Below are positions 45,124 to 51,196 of a stretch of 51,196 nucleotides of DNA, piece by piece. How positions within the stretch are numbered: the first letter of the stretch is position 1; each line of letters opens with the position of its first letter. A program made the position numbers and the translations under genes. The stretch comes from Chloroflexota bacterium (GTDB lineage Bacteria > Chloroflexota > Limnocylindria > Limnocylindrales > CSP1-4), in the NCBI GenBank assembly GCA_003250155.1, contig QKHE01000059.1, forward strand, positions 1-51,196, written 5' to 3'. Below the pieces are notes generated by a model that saw only the letters and a program-made list of their open reading frames with translations, was not told the DNA's origin and searched no databases.

Positions 45124-45774
45124 TTGACCAGGCATGACGCCGAACGGAAGCTGAAGATCCTGAACCACATCGCGGCCACGCTCCGCGCCCGCGGCTATCC
45201 GCCATCGGTGCGCGAGATCGCCGTCGCGGTCGGGCTCAGCTCCACGTCCGCGGTGCACCACCATCTCCAGATGCTCGAGCGGGAGGGCTATCTCGAGCGC
45301 GGGGCCGCCCAGTCGCGCGCGCTGCGGCTGACGCCGACCGCCGCGATCCAGCTCGGCCTCACGAACGAGCTCGTCCCGCAGGCCGTCACGTCGGAGGCCC
45401 ACGTCCTGCCGATCGTCGGCGAGATCGCCGCCGGCGGCCCGATCGAGGCCTACCAGGACGCCTCGGAGACGCTCCCCGTTCCGGACATGCTCGCGCCCAG
45501 CGGCGACGCCTACGTCCTGCGCGTGCGCGGCGACTCGATGATCGAGGAGCACATCGCCGACGGCGACTTCGTCCTGATCCGGCCGCAGACGACGGCGCGC
45601 AACGGCGACATCGTCGTCGCCCAGGTGGAGGAGAACGCGGTCACGCTGAAGCGCTTCTTCAAGGAGAAGGATCGGATCCGCCTGCAGCCCGCCAACCAGA
45701 ACTACGCCCCGCAGTTCTACGACGACGTTCGCATCCAGGGGAAGCTGATCGGCGTCATCCGCCGCCTGGACTGA
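45124..45774 (+). CDS. lexA: LexA repressor
   Basis: Winged HTH (YPPSVREIAVAVGLSSTSAVHHHLQMLEREGYL), cleavage site IAAGGP, VRGDSM, and Lys in TLKRF. TTG 45124 is chosen because the promoter -10 overlaps the upstream in-frame ATG at 45091. Confidence 0.9.
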   Translation: MTRHDAERKLKILNHIAATLRARGYPPSVREIAVAVGLSSTSAVHHHLQMLEREGYLERGAAQSRALRLTPTAAIQLGLTNELVPQAVTSEAHVLPIVGEIAAGGPIEAYQDASETLPVPDMLAPSGDAYVLRVRGDSMIEEHIADGDFVLIRPQTTARNGDIVVAQVEENAVTLKRFFKEKDRIRLQPANQNYAPQFYDDVRIQGKLIGVIRRLD

Positions 45775-45853
45775 CGGGCCGCCTGGATCGGATCAACGGA
45801 CCTCTGGCTTCGGGGGTCGCCGTGGCCCGGACCGGGTCCCCTACCATCGCCGC

Positions 45854-46444
45854 GTGAACCTCGTCCCCGAGCGCGTACGCGGCGTCATGGCGCAGCTGGA
45901 GGCGCGCGATGCCGAGGATCGCTCCGACGGCACGCCGCATTCCCGACGCCTCCGAGCGATCACGCCGGAGACCGGCGAGTTCCTGCTCACCCTGGCGCTC
46001 GCGATTCGCGCCCGAACGATCGTCGAGATCGGGACGAGCGGCGGCTATTCGGGGCTGTGGCTGGCGCTTGCGGCTCGGGCGTGCGACGGCCGGCTGGTCA
46101 CCTTCGACGACGATGCGGCCAAGGTGGAGCGCGCCCGCGCGACGTTCGAGGCCGCGGGGCTTGCCGAGGTCGTCGAGCTGCGGCACGACGACGGCGTCGC
46201 CGGCCTGGGCGAGTTCGATGGCGGCGCCGATCTCGTGTTCCTCGACGCCGAGAAAGAGCTGTACGAAGCGGCCCTCGAGCCGGCGGTTCGGGCGCTGCGA
46301 CCGGCCGGTCTGCTCGTCGCGGACAACCTGACCACGCATCCCGACGCGCTGGCTGGCTTTCGGGACCGGGCGCTGTCCCACCCCGGTCTCGTCGGGCTGG
46401 TCGTGCCGATCGGGAAGGGCGAGCTGGTCGCCGTTCGCCGCTGA
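45854..46444 (+). CDS. Class I SAM-dependent O-methyltransferase (family 3-like)
   Basis: Motifs IVEIGTSGGYSGLWLA and DLVFLDAEKELY. Confidence 0.8.
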   Translation: MNLVPERVRGVMAQLEARDAEDRSDGTPHSRRLRAITPETGEFLLTLALAIRARTIVEIGTSGGYSGLWLALAARACDGRLVTFDDDAAKVERARATFEAAGLAEVVELRHDDGVAGLGEFDGGADLVFLDAEKELYEAALEPAVRALRPAGLLVADNLTTHPDALAGFRDRALSHPGLVGLVVPIGKGELVAVRR

Positions 46445-46699
46445 CGCTGCACCCACCGAGACGCCGACGCAGCGCCCGGCCGAGCCGACCTCCAACCCAT
46501 CCGAACTCGCGCCAGTGCCGTTCCGGTCGCGGCGCCGCCCGCGAGCTGGCCATCCACGACCGTTGCGCGGTTCTGCACAGCCTCGACCCGGCCGTCGCCA
46601 GGTTGTGGACGAGGTTCGTTGAAAACCGGGTTGGGCGATCGCGCTCGAGCGTCGACCCTATGCCGTGACAACGGAGCTGTCACGCCCGAAGGGGACCAT

Positions 46700-46715
46700 T
46701 CGAACGCATGATCGA
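46700..46715. promoter_or_regulatory. Near-consensus SOS-box-like palindrome TCGAACgcatGATCGA spanning the dnaB start codon
   Basis: 11 of 12 half-site positions match TCGAAC-N4-GTTCGA. The ATG of dnaB (46708) lies inside it. Confidence 0.25.
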
Positions 46716-48057
46716 CCGCCTGCCGCCCCACAGTCTCGAGGCGGAGCAGTCCGTCCTCGGCGCGATCCTGATCGACCGCGAGGCGATCATCGAGATCGCC
46801 GAGTTCTTGCGCCCCGAGGACTTCTACCGACAGGCGCACTCCCTCGTGTACAAGGCGATGCTCGATCTGTTCGAGCGGCGCGAGCCGATCGACCTGGTGA
46901 CCGTCGCCGAGACGCTGGAACGGGGTGAGGACCTCGACTCGATCGGCGGCCGGGCCTACCTGTCGACGCTGTCGAACCAGACGCCGACGGCCGTCCACGC
47001 CGTCCAGTACGCCCGGATCGTCGAGCGCAAGGCGGTCCTGCGGAACCTCATCGGGGCGGCGGGCAAGATCGCCGGCATCGGCTACGAGGACCCGTCGGAG
47101 ATCCAGGAGGCGATCGACCGCGCCGAATCCGAGCTGTTCCAGGTCTCCAATCGCCGGATCACCGTCGGCTTCAGCCAGCTCAAGGAGCTGCTCCACTCGG
47201 CCTACGACCGCCTCGATTACCTGCACGCCCATCGGGGCGAGCTGAGCGGCATCGCGTCGGGCTTCCTCGATCTCGACCAGCTGACGACCGGCTTCCAGAA
47301 GAGCGACCTGGTCGTCGTCGCCGCCCGCCCGAGCGTCGGCAAGACGAGCTTCGCGCTCAACATCGCCGAGCATGCGGCCGTCCGCGAGGGCCGCACCGTC
47401 GGCGTGTTCAGCCTCGAGATGAGCAAGGAGCAGCTCGTCCTGCGGCTGCTCTCGAGCGTCGCCAACATCGACTCGAAGCGCCTCCGATCGGGCTTCCTCG
47501 AGGAGCTGGACTTCGCTCGCATCGCGCCCGCGATGAACGACCTCTCCGAGGCGGCCCTGTACATCGACGACACGCCCAACATCAGCACGATGGAGCTCCG
47601 GACCAAGGCCCGCCGGCTCCAGGCGGAATCGGGGCTGGATCTCGTGATCGTCGACTACCTGCAGCTGATGCAGGCAACGACGACGAGTCGCGACGCCAAC
47701 CGTGTCCAGGAGGTCTCGGAGATCTCGCGCGGCCTCAAGGCCCTGGCGCGCGAGCTGAACGTGCCGGTCATCGCGCTGTCGCAGCTGTCGCGCCAGCCCG
47801 AGATGCGCGAATCGAAGGAGCCCCGCCTGTCCGACCTCCGGGAGTCGGGCGCCATCGAACAGGATGCCGACCTCGTGGTCTTCCTGTGGCGAGAGAAGGA
47901 GAAGGCCGGCGAGGAGGAGGCCGGCGACGGCGAGGTCGTCAACGTGAAGCTGGCCAAGCATCGCAACGGACCCACCGGCGAGATCCAGCTGTGGTTCCGA
48001 AAGAGCCAGACGCGGTTCCAGTCCTACGCCGGCCAGCGCTACGCAGAGGCAAGCTGA
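46708..48057 (+). CDS. dnaB: Replicative DNA helicase
   Basis: Motifs PPHSLEAEQSVLGAILID, Walker A ARPSVGKTSFALN, VIVDYLQLM and LSQLSR. No intein. Confidence 0.96.
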   Translation: MIDRLPPHSLEAEQSVLGAILIDREAIIEIAEFLRPEDFYRQAHSLVYKAMLDLFERREPIDLVTVAETLERGEDLDSIGGRAYLSTLSNQTPTAVHAVQYARIVERKAVLRNLIGAAGKIAGIGYEDPSEIQEAIDRAESELFQVSNRRITVGFSQLKELLHSAYDRLDYLHAHRGELSGIASGFLDLDQLTTGFQKSDLVVVAARPSVGKTSFALNIAEHAAVREGRTVGVFSLEMSKEQLVLRLLSSVANIDSKRLRSGFLEELDFARIAPAMNDLSEAALYIDDTPNISTMELRTKARRLQAESGLDLVIVDYLQLMQATTTSRDANRVQEVSEISRGLKALARELNVPVIALSQLSRQPEMRESKEPRLSDLRESGAIEQDADLVVFLWREKEKAGEEEAGDGEVVNVKLAKHRNGPTGEIQLWFRKSQTRFQSYAGQRYAEAS

Positions 48058-48070
48058 CGAGGGTCGGGCC

Positions 48071-48256
48071 ATGGCAGAACGGCAGAAGCGGATCGCGGCA
48101 TTCGATGTCCCGCCACTCGAAGGCCTCACCGACGCCGAGATCGAAGCGATCGCGTCCAAGCTCGCCGACGAGATCGCCGAGGACCTGGCACCCGAGCCCG
48201 AGGAGGAGCTGGCACGCGAGCCCGAGGAGGCGCTCCGGCCCGAAGCGGCCGAGTAG
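48071..48256 (+). CDS. Small acidic protein (61 aa), hypothetical
   Basis: GAGG upstream, GC3-rich, with an internal repeat EPEEELAREPEEALR. Confidence 0.4.
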   Translation: MAERQKRIAAFDVPPLEGLTDAEIEAIASKLADEIAEDLAPEPEEELAREPEEALRPEAAE

Positions 48257-48428
48257 CCCGACGGCTGGTGCGATCAGGCCAACCCTTGACTCGCGTGCGT
48301 ATCCTCCGGGCACGAGCTTCGGACCGTGCCCTGGAGCCGAGCCCAAGGGTTCGCCCCCACGAACCCACCGATCCAGGCGCCACGGCCAGAGGGGAACGGA
48401 GCCAGCTGACGCGGCCCTCGATCGGAGG

Positions 48429-48749
48429 ATGGACGGCGTGTACGAGGATCGGACCCTGACCTGCCGCGATTGCGGCGAGGATTTCATCTTCTCGTCCGGC
48501 GAGCAGCGGTTCTTCGCCGAAAAGGGCCTCGCCAACACACCGCAGCGCTGCCCGAACTGTCGCGCCATCGCGAAGCGCGCCCGCAACGGCGGGCCGCGTG
48601 AGTACCACGCCGCGATCTGCAACGCCTGCGGCAACCAGGCGATGGTGCCGTTCGCGCCACGGCCCGACCGCCCGGTGTACTGCAGCAGCTGCTTCGACAA
48701 GGTCCGCGCGGGCCTGATCGAGCCGGCGGCCGCGCCCGTCCAGGGCTGA
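48429..48749 (+). CDS. Double CxxC zinc-ribbon protein
   Basis: Two CxxC-containing units: CRDCGEDFIFSSGEQRFFAEKGLANTPQRCPNCR and CNACGNQAMVPF..VYCSSCF. The start is ATG 48429 or GTG 48438 (GGAGG at 48424). Confidence 0.8.
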   Translation: MDGVYEDRTLTCRDCGEDFIFSSGEQRFFAEKGLANTPQRCPNCRAIAKRARNGGPREYHAAICNACGNQAMVPFAPRPDRPVYCSSCFDKVRAGLIEPAAAPVQG

Positions 48750-48823
48750 GCGCGGCGCCCCCGCAGGGTCACCACCGTCGCCCGACCTACACTCCTCGGG
48801 ACACCGAGTCGGAGGAGGCTGCG

Positions 48824-49027
48824 ATGGGCGTGATCATCATTCGAGAGATGGTCGGCACGAGCCCGCGGTCCTGGAGCGACGCCGCCCGGCAGGCCGTCGC
48901 GACTGCGTCGCGGACCGTTCGAAACATCCAGACGATCGAGGTCGTGAAGTCGACGGCCAGGGTCGAGGATGGCGAGATCGTCGAGTACCAGGTCGAGCTC
49001 AAGATGGGCTTCGAATACGAGGGCTGA
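48824..49027 (+). CDS. Dodecin-family flavin-binding protein
   Basis: 67 aa. Sequence IIREMVGTSPRSWSDAARQAVATASRTVRNIQTIEVV...YQVELKMGFEYEG. GGAGGAGG RBS. Confidence 0.85.
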   Translation: MGVIIIREMVGTSPRSWSDAARQAVATASRTVRNIQTIEVVKSTARVEDGEIVEYQVELKMGFEYEG

Positions 49028-49140
49028 GGGCTATCCACAGCCAATCCACCAAGGGGTAACCGTCCGGTGAGCGGATGGCCGCAAGATGCCGGCCATGCCG
49101 CAGCACCGTCGGGCAGCCCTCGCCGTCGACGCGCGCGTCG

Positions 49141-49170
49141 TTGACACGCGTCGCGCGCCGTCCCTATCGT
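49141..49170 (+). promoter_or_regulatory. Candidate promoter: TTGACA, 18 nt, TATCGT
   Basis: Lies about 125 nt upstream of the STAND regulator start, flanked by GC palindromes (GACGCGCGCGTC). Confidence 0.3.
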
Positions 49171-49292
49171 TCCCGCCGCCCGAGCCGTCAGCCCCACCCG
49201 AGCCACCACGCGTCCCCCACATCGTGCTCGTCCCCGCCGGTTCGGCGTCGGCCACGCCCAGCCACGCAGCCACCGGAGGCCCCCTCGGCGAC

Positions 49293-51196
49293 ATGTCCGA
49301 GTATCCGGTCCAGATCACCAAGGTCCAGGCCCCGCCGCTCCGTGATGACACGCTGGCGCGGGATCGACTGCTGGAGTGGCTCGCGGTCAAGATCCACCGC
49401 CGGGCGGTCCTGGTCGTGGCCGAGGCGGGTTACGGCAAGACGACGCTGCTCGCGGACTTCACGCGCCGTAGTCGCGTGCGTGTGCTCTGGTTCCGCCTCG
49501 ACCGAGGCGATCGGGATTGGGTCGGATTCCTCGCCTACCTCGTCGCCGCGATCCGACTCCACGTCCCCGGATTCGGCGAGGCGACCGACTCCCTGATCCG
49601 TGAAACGGCAACGGCGGCGCCGCCGCGCGACGTTGTCGTCGACACGTTCCTGCGGGAGCTGGGACAGCTGACGGGCGACGCGACGGCGCTGGTCTTCGAC
49701 GACTTCCACCTGGTCGACGATTCACCGGACGTCCGGTACGTCGTTCGCGAGCTCCTGACGCGTGGCCCGGAGCGCCTGGCCCTGGTGTTCGCCAGCCGAC
49801 GCACGCCGCCGCTGCGCCTGGCCCGGCTGCGCGCGCTCGGCGAGGTCGCCGAGCTCGGGACGGACGACCTGCGGTTCGATGCGGCCGAAACGGAGCGCCT
49901 GTTCCGGGAGACCTACGAGATGCGCCTCGAGCCCGGGCTCGTGGCCGAGCTGACGCGACGGACAGAGGGTTGGGCGGCGTCGCTGCAGCTTGTCCGTGCC
50001 GCGATCCACGATCGTGACCCGACCCAGATTCGCCACTTCATCTCGTCACTCAGCGGAGCCGAAGGCCATCTCTACGACTACCTCGCCGAGGAAGTGGTCG
50101 GCGATCTCGAGGCGGACCTGCAGTCGTTTCTGATGCGGACGTCGCTGCTCGAAACGGTCGACCTGACCCTCGGCACCGTGGCGGCCGACGTCTCCGAGGC
50201 GCAGGCGGCGCGCTGGATCGAAGACGGCGAGCGGCTGGGCCTGCTCGGCAAGGGTGGTCCCAACACCCGGCACGTGGCCCGAGCGCACCCGCTCGTCCGC
50301 GACTTCCTCCAGGCGCGCCTCGAACGGTCGATCGGTGCGGCCCAGGTCGGGGCGATCCACCAGCGCATCGCCATCGCCGCGGAAGCCATCGACTGGCAGA
50401 CCGCCGCCCGCCACTACCTCGCCGCCGCTGATCCCGACAGCGCCGAACGTGTGCTGACGAACGCCGTCGAATCGATCCTCGCCACGGGCGCCTACGCCGC
50501 CGCGCAGGCCCTCGCAGAAGGACTCCCTGGCGGCGAACTCGCGGGCGCCCCCGGCTTGGTGATTCGATCCAGGTTGGCCCAGCAGCGCGCTGACGCAAGC
50601 GCGGGGGTCGCGCTCGCAGAGCAAGCCATCGCCGCCGATCCCTCGTCGACTGCTGTGCTCCTGAACCTCGTGACGGCCCGCAGCCTCGCGGGAGACGTTG
50701 TCGGCGCCCTCAACGCCGGGCAACTCCTCGAACGGTCCGGTTCGCGTCTCGCCGCCATCGGTCGCGCGTTTCGAACTGCTCTCGAGACCTCGCTCGATGG
50801 GTCGATCGACGTGGCGTTCGAAGAGCTGGTGCGGCTCGCAACAGCCTCCCGGAAGCGCGGCGAACACCACTACCTAGGAGTCAACCTCCTGAACCAGGCG
50901 ATTCTCTTCACCGCTGCGGGCGACCACAGCCGTGCCCTGGAGCGCGCTGAGGAGGCAATCGCCCTACTCGAGACCACCTCCGCAGGAGTCGAACTCATTT
51001 CGGCTCGGTTGGCTCGCGCCAGCGCACTTGCATATCTGGGCGACATAGAGGCCGCGCGCTCGGAGATCGCCACCGCTCGACGTACGGCACAACCAGGACA
51101 AGTACTCGAGATCGTGGCAGAGGCTGCTCACATTGAGGCGCTAGTGGGGGAAGCAGAGCTCGGACTCGAGATCCTCGAGCGTGCCCGGGACATGAT
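49293..51196 (+). CDS. MalT/LAL-like STAND NTPase regulator with TPR-like repeats (3' end beyond the window)
   Basis: Not in the track because it is truncated. Begins MSEYPVQITKVQAPPLRDDTLARDRLL. Walker A VVAEAGYGKTTL, Walker B ALVFDDFHLV, then GWAASLQL, then helical repeats up to the window edge. Confidence 0.85.
   Translation, partial: MSEYPVQITKVQAPPLRDDTLARDRLLEWLAVKIHRRAVLVVAEAGYGKTTLLADFTRRSRVRVLWFRLDRGDRDWVGFLAYLVAAIRLHVPGFGEATDSLIRETATAAPPRDVVVDTFLRELGQLTGDATALVFDDFHLVDDSPDVRYVVRELLTRGPERLALVFASRRTPPLRLARLRALGEVAELGTDDLRFDAAETERLFRETYEMRLEPGLVAELTRRTEGWAASLQLVRAAIHDRDPTQIRHFISSLSGAEGHLYDYLAEEVVGDLEADLQSFLMRTSLLETVDLTLGTVAADVSEAQAARWIEDGERLGLLGKGGPNTRHVARAHPLVRDFLQARLERSIGAAQVGAIHQRIAIAAEAIDWQTAARHYLAAADPDSAERVLTNAVESILATGAYAAAQALAEGLPGGELAGAPGLVIRSRLAQQRADASAGVALAEQAIAADPSSTAVLLNLVTARSLAGDVVGALNAGQLLERSGSRLAAIGRAFRTALETSLDGSIDVAFEELVRLATASRKRGEHHYLGVNLLNQAILFTAAGDHSRALERAEEAIALLETTSAGVELISARLARASALAYLGDIEAARSEIATARRTAQPGQVLEIVAEAAHIEALVGEAELGLEILERARDM

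Noticed and set aside
46445-46707. Possible oriC or DnaA boxes upstream of dnaB (TTGTGGACG, ATCCACG).
   Set aside because: There are only two weak, isolated partial matches, with no AT-rich unwinding element and no clustering.
48787-49209. A 140-aa minus-strand ORF overlapping dodecin, and plus-strand ORF 49075..49596.
   Set aside because: Both have Arg/Pro/Ser-rich composition and no family motif. They overlap the well-supported dodecin and STAND genes or their promoter region.
49293-51196. The STAND NTPase as an antiphage Avs-type defence gene.
   Set aside because: The protein starts directly with the MalT-like NTPase module, has no N-terminal effector, and has no defence-island neighbours in view. 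A regulator is the simpler call, pending the missing C-terminus.

Overview
This is a 51.2 kb window of very GC-rich (roughly 70%) bacterial chromosome. It is densely packed with genes, and many neighbouring genes overlap by 1-4 nt at their stop and start codons. The SOS-box type (TCGAAC-N4-GTTCG), lipoprotein-rich secretome, protein-mannosyltransferase-like (PMT) enzyme and dodecin suggest an Actinomycetota-like organism. All family calls rest on motifs I recognise by eye; no search was run.

Gene content, left to right:
- two tandem paralogous membrane proteins under a helix-turn-helix (HTH) regulator
- tRNA-Glu(UUC)
- a maltodextrin-type locus: two divergent GH13 enzymes, an ABC binding protein, two permeases and a LacI regulator, with no ATPase gene
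- a small membrane protein and a DUF3105-like protein
- one plus-strand run: FAH hydrolase, tdh, kbl, PHP phosphatase, ECF sigma, anti-sigma, PMT/GT39 glycosyltransferase
- a convergent operon encoding a Thr-repeat, C-terminally anchored secreted protein plus a GT-C-like membrane protein
- argS, whose HIGH motif reads TVGN
- an HExxH lipoprotein and an MBL-fold protein
- a large histidine-utilisation and folate C1 supercluster: hutI, glutamate formimidoyltransferase, two MFS transporters, hutU, a lipoprotein, a GNAT, hutH, DedA, a His-rich miniprotein, fhs, folD and formimidoyl-THF cyclodeaminase
- an SOS neighbourhood: an 88-aa orphan behind two LexA boxes, dinB, rplI, a DUF1232-like protein, lexA with its box inside its own promoter, an O-methyltransferase and dnaB
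- small genes: an acidic peptide, a zinc-ribbon protein and dodecin
- the 5' two-thirds of a MalT-like STAND regulator

No CRISPR array, transposase, integrase or obvious defence cassette is visible.

The most interesting leads:
1. The LexA-controlled orphan gene downstream of dinB.
2. A ZTP (pfl)-like RNA element in front of the cyclodeaminase-folD-fhs operon.
3. A candidate self-contained O-glycosylation module, made up of sigma/anti-sigma, PMT, GT-C and a Thr-repeat substrate.
4. An orphan Rho-independent terminator behind a C/U-rich stretch, which may mark an sRNA.
5. The non-canonical ArgS.

Most long ORFs in the supplied track that lie antisense to, or out of frame with, these genes are GC-content artefacts.
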